Positions 1-7,978 of a DNA stretch of 36,702 nt are shown one piece after another. Position 1 is the stretch's first letter; each line of letters opens with the position of its first letter. A program made the position numbers and the translations under genes. The notes below the pieces were generated by a model. That model saw only the letters and a program-made list of their open reading frames with translations. It did not search any database and was not told the origin of the DNA. This DNA comes from a virus (taxonomy: Duplodnaviria; Caudoviricetes). Location: the IMG/VR virus record IMGVR_UViG_3300020045_001809, positions 1 to 36,702 of that record; one strand, written 5' to 3'.

Positions 1-121
1 GGATTTGGACGGTTTGCCAACGGCATAAATTCGTAAAATTTGCAACATTCAAATCCGGGGTGAATTCATTTCATTCCGGATTTGCTATTTTTAACCAAAC
101 AAAAAAACATCATCATGGCCA
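1..121. repeat. Terminal direct repeat, left copy (circular assembly overlap)
   Basis: 1-121 is identical to 36582-36702 and cuts through the end of the major tail gene. Confidence 0.97.
50..92 (+). terminator. Hairpin/putative intrinsic terminator after major tail gene
   Basis: CAAATCCGGGGTGAA-TTCAT-TTCATTCCGGATTTG followed by CTATTTTT. Confidence 0.55.
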
Positions 122-429
122 ACACGGTAAAAGCCTACAAAAACCACAACGGAAACATCATCATTGATTGTGGAACCTATCAGGGACAACGGATCCAATA
201 TGTCATCACGGACACGGGTGTTGTTCAGGTGTCCGGACGTCTATTGACAACCGATTTCACCGGAATGGAAGAACAATATTGGGACAACATGATTTTGTCC
301 GTGTTGGACAATGCAAAGTTGTATCAATCAGAGGGCCGCAATTTATCGGTGGATGAAATTGTTCAATTGACAATTTTGACCAACGAAAAAACGGAGGATT
401 TTGATTCACCGGAAAACCCACAACCATGA
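115..429 (+). CDS. Hypothetical protein
   Basis: ATG at 115 after A/C-rich leader; ATGA overlap with next gene. Confidence 0.75.
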   Translation: MANTVKAYKNHNGNIIIDCGTYQGQRIQYVITDTGVVQVSGRLLTTDFTGMEEQYWDNMILSVLDNAKLYQSEGRNLSVDEIVQLTILTNEKTEDFDSPENPQP

Positions 430-938
430 TCATCAAAAAACGATTGTTGGACACGGTGGATCCGGTGGTGGCGGCCGGGGTGAATGCCCTACATTTCGCC
501 ATTGGTTCCACTATGGACATCCAAATGTTGGCCGGGTTGACTGAACCACCCGTATGGAAGTCCCTGAAATATCAGGGTGGCAACATTGAAAAGGTCAACA
601 AGGCCCGGGCGGATGTCGGGTTGTTTGAACTATCCACCACCCACAATGTGAAGATTGTGGAACCGGGTTGGGGTAAACAATTACAGGACGGGACCGGGGC
701 ATTGGTGGCCGTTACCACACCGGGTGGTTCAGTCCGTTACGGATTGAACAAAAACGTGTTGGACGCCATTGGTTGGGTGTTGGAAAACACACCGGGCGTG
801 GAAATTGACACCATGGTGAATGAAAGTTTCGCCACCATATTCATCCACAAACCGGAAACCAAACACGTTGAATCCGGAACCACCTATGAATTGATCAATC
901 CCGAAACACCGGAATCCATCACAGAGGAAAACCAATGA
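426..938 (+). CDS. Hypothetical protein
   Basis: 170-aa ORF, ATGA-coupled on both sides. Confidence 0.8.
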   Translation: MIIKKRLLDTVDPVVAAGVNALHFAIGSTMDIQMLAGLTEPPVWKSLKYQGGNIEKVNKARADVGLFELSTTHNVKIVEPGWGKQLQDGTGALVAVTTPGGSVRYGLNKNVLDAIGWVLENTPGVEIDTMVNESFATIFIHKPETKHVESGTTYELINPETPESITEENQ

Positions 939-1453
939 ATGAATTCAAATTCCTGATCATCCATTGCACCGCCACCCCGGAAGGAAGGTCCGTGACGGCC
1001 GAAACCGTCCGGAATTGGCACACAAAACCAAAACCGGTTGGCCGTGGATGGTCCCGGGTGGGATATTCCGATTTGATTCTATTGGATGGGAGCCGTCACC
1101 GGTTTGTCCGTCACAACGGGGACAAATGGATTGATCCAAATGAAGTCACCAACGGTGTGGCCGGAATGAATTCCGTTTCCCGACATGTTTGCTATGTTGG
1201 CGGATTGACACCGGACGGGAAAAAGGCAAAAAAGACATTGACGGAATCCCAATCCGGGATCCTGTCATCCATCATTGCAGAGGTGTTGACATACAACCCC
1301 GGGGTGTTGATTGCCGGACACAATCAATTTGCCAACAAAGATTGTCCATCATTTTGGGTTCCGGATTGGATCCGTCACGGTTGTTTGATCCGGGTTCCTG
1401 AAAAAAATATCTATCAAAAAGATCCATTTGGCTATGGTACAAAAATGCATTGA
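935..1453 (+). CDS. Endolysin, N-acetylmuramoyl-L-alanine amidase (T7 lysozyme-like Amidase_2)
   Basis: IIHCTAT, GWSRVGY, CYVGG, GHNQFANKDCPSF zinc-ligand motifs. Confidence 0.93.
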   Translation: MNEFKFLIIHCTATPEGRSVTAETVRNWHTKPKPVGRGWSRVGYSDLILLDGSRHRFVRHNGDKWIDPNEVTNGVAGMNSVSRHVCYVGGLTPDGKKAKKTLTESQSGILSSIIAEVLTYNPGVLIAGHNQFANKDCPSFWVPDWIRHGCLIRVPEKNIYQKDPFGYGTKMH

Positions 1454-2384
1454 TAAAATTATTGGGATCCGGTGTTTGACCGGTTATGAAAACCCAACAT
1501 CCGGATTGTTCATCAATGATTTGGAGGGCCTGAACCTGAAATATGCGGCCGCCATTACGGATGAACAATCATCCGGGTTGTTGTTCATGAAATCCAAAAT
1601 TGAATTTGCCACCCAATTGGTGTTGTCTGAATTGGCGGCCTATATGATGCCGTATTTCCGGGCCAATTCCACTATGGATGAAACCCGTGTGGGTGAATTT
1701 GGAACCAATAACATTGCACCGGCCGGGATTCCGATTGACCGGGGTGTGAAGATCACCACCCGGACATCCCGGATGATGCGGATCCGGATCCAAACCGTCA
1801 ACATCCGGATGGCACAAACAAACACATCCGGAACCCTGATCATCACGGACGGACCGGATCAGGCGTCATTCCCGTTCACCACGGACACCAATGGCCATGC
1901 ATCCATCAACTTTGATTTCATTTCCAAAACCAATTCCGTTTTGGTCACGGTGGACAATAACACGTTTGGCATGAACAACACGGTGGTGAAAACCGGGTGC
2001 AATTGCACCACCAAACAATCCCAATATTTGACGGCAACCGGATGGAACGGATCCGTTCCGGCTAACACCACCTATGGTTTGCAAGTTCAGGCCACCGGGG
2101 AATGTTCCATGGATGAATTTGCATGTATTTTGGGGGTGAAATTAGCTTTGCCATTGTTGTACCGTTCCGGGTTGGAAATTGTGAAGGAAGCCAAAACCAC
2201 GGACCGGTTGAATTCATTGACCATGTTGGATGATGAAAAAGCGGAATTCATGTTTGATGAATTTTCAAAACAGTATGACAAACAAATGAAAATGTTGATT
2301 CAAACCATCCCGGATTTGATGAAACGGGTGGATGATTGTTGTGTTGTTTGTAATCAATCCCGATACGTTCAGGGACGCCCGTAA
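1434..2384 (+). CDS. Putative head-tail adaptor / Cys-rich virion protein
   Basis: Helical N- and C-termini flanking a beta-rich insert; 9 Cys including CNC and DDCCVVC; late-gene context. Function is inference. Confidence 0.5.
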   Translation: MVQKCIDKIIGIRCLTGYENPTSGLFINDLEGLNLKYAAAITDEQSSGLLFMKSKIEFATQLVLSELAAYMMPYFRANSTMDETRVGEFGTNNIAPAGIPIDRGVKITTRTSRMMRIRIQTVNIRMAQTNTSGTLIITDGPDQASFPFTTDTNGHASINFDFISKTNSVLVTVDNNTFGMNNTVVKTGCNCTTKQSQYLTATGWNGSVPANTTYGLQVQATGECSMDEFACILGVKLALPLLYRSGLEIVKEAKTTDRLNSLTMLDDEKAEFMFDEFSKQYDKQMKMLIQTIPDLMKRVDDCCVVCNQSRYVQGRP

Positions 2385-2413
2385 AAATTTCTATTTTTGA
2401 AAAAACCAAACCC

Positions 2414-2509
2414 ATGAAAAACACACAAATTGAATCCCGTGGATGCGGATCCTGTGGAGGTACAAAACGCCCGTCAACCGTTTCCCGGCCAACCAAACCC
2501 CGAAAATGA
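2414..2509 (+). CDS. 31-aa basic CxxC micro-protein MKNTQIESRGCGSCGGTKRPSTVSRPTKPRK
   Basis: Translated by hand; A/C-rich leader, fills the intergenic gap, stop overlaps holin start as ATGA; below ORF-track cutoff. Confidence 0.7.
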   Translation: MKNTQIESRGCGSCGGTKRPSTVSRPTKPRK

Positions 2510-3036
2510 AACCCACAATTGAAGGTGACATCATCCCCATTTTCAAATCCGTTTTTTCATTGAATTTGAAAATGGAAATCCTATTGACAACCATCTTTGG
2601 CGGATTCACCTTTGGAGCCGTGACGGGTTTCACGGCCAATTGGATATTTGAACCGGCCATTTCATTTTATTTCCTGTTGTTGCTAATTGCGGCCGACCAT
2701 TTCACGGGGATGTCTGTGGCGTGGAGGCGTGGGAAATTTGAAACCCGGAAGGCATTGCGGGTGTTTTGGACGTTATTGGCACACACATGGTTGTTGGTGT
2801 TTGCCACCAATCTGTCCCGTGGATCTGTGGCTCTGTATTGGCTTAATGAGGGGATATTTGTTCCTCTTGTATTGGTGAACATGATTTCATTGGTCAAAAA
2901 CCTGTCATTGATGGGTTTGGTCAACAAACAATTCACGGTTTTGTTTTACAAAAAGGTGGACACATACAAAAATGAATTCGCACAAACAACCAATGAAATG
3001 GTGGGTGATCCTGTGGATGACCGTGGTGATCAATGA
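2506..3036 (+). CDS. Putative holin
   Basis: Several TM segments, xDHFTG motif, basic C-terminus, near amidase and spanin; start 2506 (alternative 2572). Confidence 0.75.
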   Translation: MKPTIEGDIIPIFKSVFSLNLKMEILLTTIFGGFTFGAVTGFTANWIFEPAISFYFLLLLIAADHFTGMSVAWRRGKFETRKALRVFWTLLAHTWLLVFATNLSRGSVALYWLNEGIFVPLVLVNMISLVKNLSLMGLVNKQFTVLFYKKVDTYKNEFAQTTNEMVGDPVDDRGDQ

Positions 3037-3424
3037 AGGGTGTGTCACACAACAACGGTGTTTGGAAAAATTCCCACCGGAAACCACCACATCCACAACC
3101 ACCGTCACCCGTGACACGTCCGTGTTTGTTCCCGGAAGGGAAACGGACACGGTTTTCATTGCCGTTCCCGGGGACACCGTGACGGTGGTGGACACCTTGA
3201 CCCAAATCAAAATCCGGATGGTGAAACGTCCCGGGGACACCGTGTTTGTTTCCGTGGATTGTCCGGGTGACACCGTGTTTTTGCCGGGCGTGATCCGGGA
3301 AACCGAAATCAACAAAACCCAACATCATATTGTCCGGCCAAAACCGTTCCCATGGTGGATCCTTTTGTCCATTGCAACCGTTTTGTTTGGGTTGGGATAC
3401 ATGATCAATTCATTCAAAAAATGA
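2972..3424 (+). CDS. Putative unimolecular spanin (lipoprotein with C-terminal TM)
   Basis: Hydrophobic signal ending in NEG-C, beta-rich DTV repeats, C-terminal PWWILLSIATVLFGLGY TM plus KK; start may be 2993. Confidence 0.7.
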   Translation: MNSHKQPMKWWVILWMTVVINEGCVTQQRCLEKFPPETTTSTTTVTRDTSVFVPGRETDTVFIAVPGDTVTVVDTLTQIKIRMVKRPGDTVFVSVDCPGDTVFLPGVIRETEINKTQHHIVRPKPFPWWILLSIATVLFGLGYMINSFKK

Positions 3425-3915
3425 CATTCCCTGAATGGAAAATATTGGTTGTTGAAATTGCCCGGGCATTAACCCGGGACCAAAACAATTTGTTGTTGTT
3501 GGGGGCAAAGGATTTGGAAGGGCGAATGAAACAACGGATTTTCAACAAGGGGAAAAATTCGGATGATTTGCCAATTGGTCCATACAAATCCAAATGGTGG
3601 ATCAAACAACGGAAGAAAGGCGGAAAATATTCCCCGGGCGGCCGCCAAACCAAATATGTGGATTTGGAAAATACTTCCGAACTGCGAAATTCCATTCAGG
3701 TGGTGAAGGATCCACCGGGGGTGGCATTGGCCGTGATCAATGATTTCAATTTTGACAAAGCCATGGGACAACAAATCATTCAGGGCAAAAAAAAGGGATT
3801 GGACAAAATGTTGATCTTTGAACCAACGGCAAAGGAAATCAAAGGGGTTCAGAACTACATCAATGACCTGATTGATGAAAAAATTGATGACATTTTAAGA
3901 AAATACAAATCATGA
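3421..3915 (+). CDS. Putative neck / tail-completion (virion morphogenesis) protein
   Basis: Basic protein with RQTKYVDLENTSELRNSI, resembling the L-x-x-T-G-x-L-x-x-S motif of neck proteins; ATGA coupling. Confidence 0.6.
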   Translation: MTFPEWKILVVEIARALTRDQNNLLLLGAKDLEGRMKQRIFNKGKNSDDLPIGPYKSKWWIKQRKKGGKYSPGGRQTKYVDLENTSELRNSIQVVKDPPGVALAVINDFNFDKAMGQQIIQGKKKGLDKMLIFEPTAKEIKGVQNYINDLIDEKIDDILRKYKS

Positions 3916-4439
3916 TTCAACCACTATTGGACGCCATTGTGGCCAAAATGTTCCAAAAAAACCCATTGTTTGAAAAGGGTGTTTCATTGGCCCGGATTGA
4001 TTCAAAGGGGCGGATCCTGATCCAAACCGATCCGGAAAAAAATGAATTCCAATGGGGCGGAATCACGGATCAGTCACAAAATTATTTTTACATACGTCAC
4101 CGGAATTCCGGGGAAATATTCCATGAACCGGCCCCCGGCAAACAATTTGTTTCATGCAATGGACCCGGGAAAACCGTTTCCCGTTATGAATTCCGGGTGG
4201 TGTCATGCATGACCAACTTTTGCCCCTACAAATTGGAAAAAATCATCCGGGATTCATTGGTGATGGCGGATTTCCAAAATACCACCACGGTGTCAAAAAT
4301 TAACGCCACCCCGATACGTTCCCAAATTGATTCTATGGCCGTGGTGGAGGAAGAAAACCCCGAGCCAAAGCAATTTGATAAAAATCTGATTTTTGTGGCC
4401 GTGGATTTTGACCTATCCATGGAAATCACTTATTTTTGA
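3912..4439 (+). CDS. Putative tail terminator / connector protein
   Basis: Size, position after neck gene, C-terminal beta strand; inference. Confidence 0.4.
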   Translation: MIQPLLDAIVAKMFQKNPLFEKGVSLARIDSKGRILIQTDPEKNEFQWGGITDQSQNYFYIRHRNSGEIFHEPAPGKQFVSCNGPGKTVSRYEFRVVSCMTNFCPYKLEKIIRDSLVMADFQNTTTVSKINATPIRSQIDSMAVVEEENPEPKQFDKNLIFVAVDFDLSMEITYF

Positions 4440-4456
4440 TCAAAACCAAACCGGCC

Positions 4457-4771
4457 ATGATCTGTGGATGTGTCAAAAATTTAGGGTGTTTTACACCGGG
4501 TCAAATCATTGATTTTGGATTCATCAACCCATGTGTGGGTGATGCGGATTTCATTTTTGAAATTTGGTCCAACGGAAATTTCACCACGGACACGGTGACC
4601 ATTGGAACCGGGGCGGATGTGACATTGCCATTCACGTTCAATGAAGATTCAGAAACATTGATCAAAATCAAATTGCCGGATTGCATGACCGGCCCGGGCG
4701 TTCACTATGCCACATCACAGGACGGGGCGTGTACGTTTTCAGTTCATGGCATTCCAACGGTTTGTGTGTGA
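4457..4771 (+). CDS. Small Cys-rich beta protein, probable virion component
   Basis: 104 aa, 7 Cys, starts MICGCVKNLGC; TGATG overlap with next gene. Confidence 0.6.
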   Translation: MICGCVKNLGCFTPGQIIDFGFINPCVGDADFIFEIWSNGNFTTDTVTIGTGADVTLPFTFNEDSETLIKIKLPDCMTGPGVHYATSQDGACTFSVHGIPTVCV

Positions 4772-5193
4772 TGGAATCAAAACCGGTCCCATCTGAATTC
4801 AAAGTGATCACGGCCGTGATCTTTGGGGTGGCCATGTTGGCCGTTTTCCTGAATTTCGCATTCACCCACCCGGGAACATTTGAAATGGTCATGGCGGCCA
4901 TTTTCGGGGCATTGGGGACGTTTTTTCTGCATGGTGTGTGTTTTCCCCCGGGAAAAATATTTGGACGGTGGATTCCATTTTTGGAACGTAATTTCAGGGA
5001 CAACCCAAAAAACCCGTTTGGATTTTTGGCCAACCCATTGGGGTTGTGTGCATATTGCCAAAACATTTGGATTGGTTTGATTTCGTTTGTGATCATGCAA
5101 CAACACGTTGAAATGTCATGGTGGTTTTTGTTGCCATCATTATTCATTTGCCATTTAATGTTGAACGTATTGGACAAAATGTTTTGGTCATGA
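4771..5193 (+). CDS. Four-TM membrane protein with CxxC motif (DUF1360-like; candidate thiol-disulfide oxidoreductase)
   Basis: 140 aa, four hydrophobic segments, NPLGLCAYCQNIW at the start of TM3; family call by motif resemblance only. Confidence 0.65.
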   Translation: MESKPVPSEFKVITAVIFGVAMLAVFLNFAFTHPGTFEMVMAAIFGALGTFFLHGVCFPPGKIFGRWIPFLERNFRDNPKNPFGFLANPLGLCAYCQNIWIGLISFVIMQQHVEMSWWFLLPSLFICHLMLNVLDKMFWS

Positions 5194-5663
5194 AAAAAAT
5201 CACATTACCATCCTTCAAAACACTACCGAACCCACCGGGATGTTGTTCCAATTCATTGATCCGGGATTTGGTTTTCCCGGAACCCACCCCGGGCGGATGT
5301 TGTGGTGAACAAACCTATCCAATGACACCACCGGAAACCATCCCCGGTGATTATTTGGACACCGGGTTGACGCCATACACCGTATTGGGGACATGTGATT
5401 CAACATTGGTTTTTTCAGTTACATATGACCGGATATTGGATGACCCGTTTTTTAGTACAGACGTTTATTGGAACGGAAATCCAATTGGATTGACCCCGGG
5501 CGGATCCGTATCCATTACCGTTTCACCCGGTGATCAATTGTTTTTCATTGCCATCATGGGAATCACAGGCATGGGTCAGGGCGTTTTTACCTTCCGGGTG
5601 ATCAATCAAACGTGTGGCGAAGTGACACCAACGGTGGTTTTTGTGGCCACATTGGGTGCATAA
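5190..5663 (+). CDS. Cys-rich beta protein, probable virion component
   Basis: 157 aa, two GCC motifs, 6 Cys, beta-sandwich-like C-terminal part; ATGA coupling. Confidence 0.55.
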   Translation: MKKITLPSFKTLPNPPGCCSNSLIRDLVFPEPTPGGCCGEQTYPMTPPETIPGDYLDTGLTPYTVLGTCDSTLVFSVTYDRILDDPFFSTDVYWNGNPIGLTPGGSVSITVSPGDQLFFIAIMGITGMGQGVFTFRVINQTCGEVTPTVVFVATLGA

Positions 5664-5674
5664 AGCCATCCCGG

Positions 5675-5794
5675 ATGTGAAATTTTGGGATTGATTTTCA
5701 ATCATTTCCAAATATTCCTGAAAAAATGTTTCGGAATGATTAGGAATTCCACCGGGTTGGTGTATCTTTGACAAATCAAATCAACAACAACATG
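5675..5794 (+). promoter_or_regulatory. Promoter repeat A, copy 1 (Bacteroidota -7 box TATCTTTG at 5763-5770)
   Basis: 90 of first 106 nt identical, without gaps, to 9120-9225. Confidence 0.8.
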
Positions 5795-5980
5795 AAAAAT
5801 CAAATTGTCACAGGCACGTCCGGAACCAAAAATCACCTTTGGAACGGTCCGAAAACAATGTGTAATGTGAGAAGCCAACAAAAGGAATATGAACGGTTTT
5901 TCATTGAAACATATCAAAAATACCCTGAAACGTGTTGTGTGAAATGTGTTTCATACCTTCAAAAAAGGGGTAAAATTTAA
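5792..5980 (+). CDS. Small putative zinc-binding protein
   Basis: 62 aa, H..C..CCxxC pattern, first gene after promoter repeat. Confidence 0.65.
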   Translation: MKNQIVTGTSGTKNHLWNGPKTMCNVRSQQKEYERFFIETYQKYPETCCVKCVSYLQKRGKI

Positions 5981-5985
5981 TCAAA

Positions 5986-6023
5986 AACCGGGGCCGGGAA
6001 ACCGGCCCCACAATACAACAACA
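5986..6023 (+). repeat. GNRA hairpin plus leader repeat, copy 1
   Basis: GGGGCCGG-GAAA-CCGGCCCC then ACAATACAACAACA; 37/38 identical to 9521-9558. Confidence 0.9.
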
Positions 6024-6025
6024 CC

Positions 6026-6385
6026 ATGGCAACAACAACATCAATCAAAATTGGAACCCGTGTGAATTACATGGGAAAAGTGGGAACCGTAGTTGAAAAG
6101 GCCCCAGCCACCCATGAAACCCCCGTCATCTATGTGGTAAGATATGACAACCGTGAATTGGGTTGGGGTTATTTTAGCGGAAGGGATTTGAAACCCTATG
6201 TTGTGAAACCCGGATTGCAAATCACCGTTGAATTCACCCCGGAGGAATTCCAATGTTTGCGTTCATATTTCAGCGAAAAAATCACAATGAACATTTTGAA
6301 ATGTTTGGTTGCCGACATGATGAAAAACGCATTCATGGCCAATGAACCGGCAATGTTTGAAAACCTAAACACAACCAAATCATGA
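6026..6385 (+). CDS. Hypothetical protein (SH3/KOW-like N-terminus)
   Basis: IKIGTRV..GKVGTVV pattern; good leader. Confidence 0.7.
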   Translation: MATTTSIKIGTRVNYMGKVGTVVEKAPATHETPVIYVVRYDNRELGWGYFSGRDLKPYVVKPGLQITVEFTPEEFQCLRSYFSEKITMNILKCLVADMMKNAFMANEPAMFENLNTTKS

Positions 6386-6654
6386 AAACCCCTTCAAAAT
6401 ACGGTTTTGGTGACGTACAGGACACGGACGCCATCCAATACATGGAAACGGCCATGGAAAACGGAACGGATCCACAAACGGCATTGGCAGACCTGAAAAT
6501 GGTGGACGCCATGTTGACCATGAGGAAACAACATTTGTTGGTTCATGGATTCATCCGGACAACGAAAAATGGCTATCAACGGAAGGGTTCATCAATTTAT
6601 GACGCCATGAATGGAATCATTGACGCCCGGATGCACGGGGCGTTCGACCAATAA
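6382..6654 (+). CDS. Hypothetical protein
   Basis: ATGA-coupled 90-aa ORF. Confidence 0.7.
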   Translation: MKTPSKYGFGDVQDTDAIQYMETAMENGTDPQTALADLKMVDAMLTMRKQHLLVHGFIRTTKNGYQRKGSSIYDAMNGIIDARMHGAFDQ

Positions 6655-6664
6655 CACCAAAAAC

Positions 6665-7036
6665 ATGAAAACAACAACACAAATCAAACAGGAAATTGAA
6701 TCCGCCATCCATGACGGCATGGCATTGGATCCAAAAAAATTCAAGGATTTCAGGGAATATGAAAACGCCCGTCAAAAAATCCGGAACAACATCAAATTCA
6801 TGAACAATGTCAAATTGTATTTGGAATCAAACCCAACCCGTGAATTCATTGTTTCGGAAATTGCCCGGATTGAAAAGATCATGGCCGGGTTGACGGATGG
6901 TTTTGAATTGAAATTGGCCGCAATGCGGAAAACCCGGAACATTGATGAAAAACGGTTGATGGCGGAATTCAAACGGGAACAGGGGTTCACAGACATGAAA
7001 AAAAAGGTCACATTCCTCAAATACATTCTATCATGA
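6665..7036 (+). CDS. Hypothetical helical protein
   Basis: ATG at 6665 after A/C-rich leader. Confidence 0.7.
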   Translation: MKTTTQIKQEIESAIHDGMALDPKKFKDFREYENARQKIRNNIKFMNNVKLYLESNPTREFIVSEIARIEKIMAGLTDGFELKLAAMRKTRNIDEKRLMAEFKREQGFTDMKKKVTFLKYILS

Positions 7037-7437
7037 ACAACAACGAAAAAAAGCCGCCAACCATCACCATCCCGGATGACGGGGCCAATCTTCCGGACAT
7101 GAACCGGATCAACAACCCCCGGGATTTCCGGTTCCTTCAAAGGAATGGGACATGGGAAATGATCACAGACATACACGGCCGAAAATTCATTAATTCAAAA
7201 AAGGGAAAACGGGGTGTTCCTGTTTCAATTGCAAAAATCAATTTTGCAACCGGTGTGAACCCAATGGAACCGGCCATGTTAATGATGGCCGCCCCTGAAA
7301 TGGCCAATTTGTTGGACACGGTTCAGCATTGGGGGCCGGTGATCCTGAAAAATTTGAAGCCATTGGAACATGAAATCATGGCGGATGTTTTGCGTGACAT
7401 TTGCAACCTATTGGACAAAATACAACCACAATCATGA
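7033..7437 (+). CDS. Hypothetical protein
   Basis: ATGA-coupled; LMMAAPEM motif of a kind common in small phage proteins. Confidence 0.7.
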   Translation: MNNNEKKPPTITIPDDGANLPDMNRINNPRDFRFLQRNGTWEMITDIHGRKFINSKKGKRGVPVSIAKINFATGVNPMEPAMLMMAAPEMANLLDTVQHWGPVILKNLKPLEHEIMADVLRDICNLLDKIQPQS

Positions 7438-7628
7438 AAAACATTTACATCATCATTATTGCATCCATTGGATGTTTGTTCATCCTTTTGGGATCCGCCA
7501 TCACCGGGTTGGAAATATGGTTTTGGCGTGGGATTGCCACATTGGTTTTGTTGTGGGTGGTCACATCATGGAACAAAAAAGATCCTAAACGTCCTGATCA
7601 GGATGAAATCACCAAATCCGTGTTTTGA
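7434..7628 (+). CDS. Small two-TM membrane protein
   Basis: Two hydrophobic segments, basic tail, ATGA coupling. Confidence 0.65.
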   Translation: MKNIYIIIIASIGCLFILLGSAITGLEIWFWRGIATLVLLWVVTSWNKKDPKRPDQDEITKSVF

Positions 7629-7637
7629 AAAAAAAAT

Positions 7638-7665
7638 GATCCCGGGGCAACAACTCCCCGGGATC
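7638..7665. promoter_or_regulatory. Perfect 10-bp intergenic hairpin
   Basis: GATCCCGGGG-CAACAACT-CCCCGGGATC; no downstream U-tract on +, but an upstream A-run could make it a minus-strand terminator. Confidence 0.6.
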
Positions 7666-7683
7666 GATTAATCACCTGAAAAG

Positions 7684-7974
7684 ATGACCAACAACAACAC
7701 CACAAAGATGGACAAAAACCACAACCATCCAATGTTTGACCGTAAAAACGGCAAACGGATTTTTGAAATTCAGAACGAATTCACGGAATTGGAATTGAAG
7801 TTCATCCGGAATGCCGTCAATAGGCTATCCGGACACGTTGAACAATTGGATTTGGATGACGTCCCATTGATTTCATTGGAATGGCTCCGGAAGTTCATGA
7901 ACGCCAATCAGGGTGAATTCTTTGAGCCGGGTCAATATCTTTGTTTGATAATTTCATCCAAAACCAAAATTTGA
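7684..7974 (+). CDS. Hypothetical protein
   Basis: ORF track; start 7684 or 7708. Confidence 0.65.
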   Translation: MTNNNTTKMDKNHNHPMFDRKNGKRIFEIQNEFTELELKFIRNAVNRLSGHVEQLDLDDVPLISLEWLRKFMNANQGEFFEPGQYLCLIISSKTKI

Positions 7975-7978
7975 AACC

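Noticed and set aside
1-121. 121-bp terminal repeat as a biological DTR
   Set aside because: An exact overlap starting mid-gene is what assemblers leave on circular contigs; it says nothing about physical genome ends.
5675-5780. Promoter repeats as att sites or an invertible switch
   Set aside because: The repeats are direct, diverged and contain promoter boxes; no site-specific recombinase is encoded.
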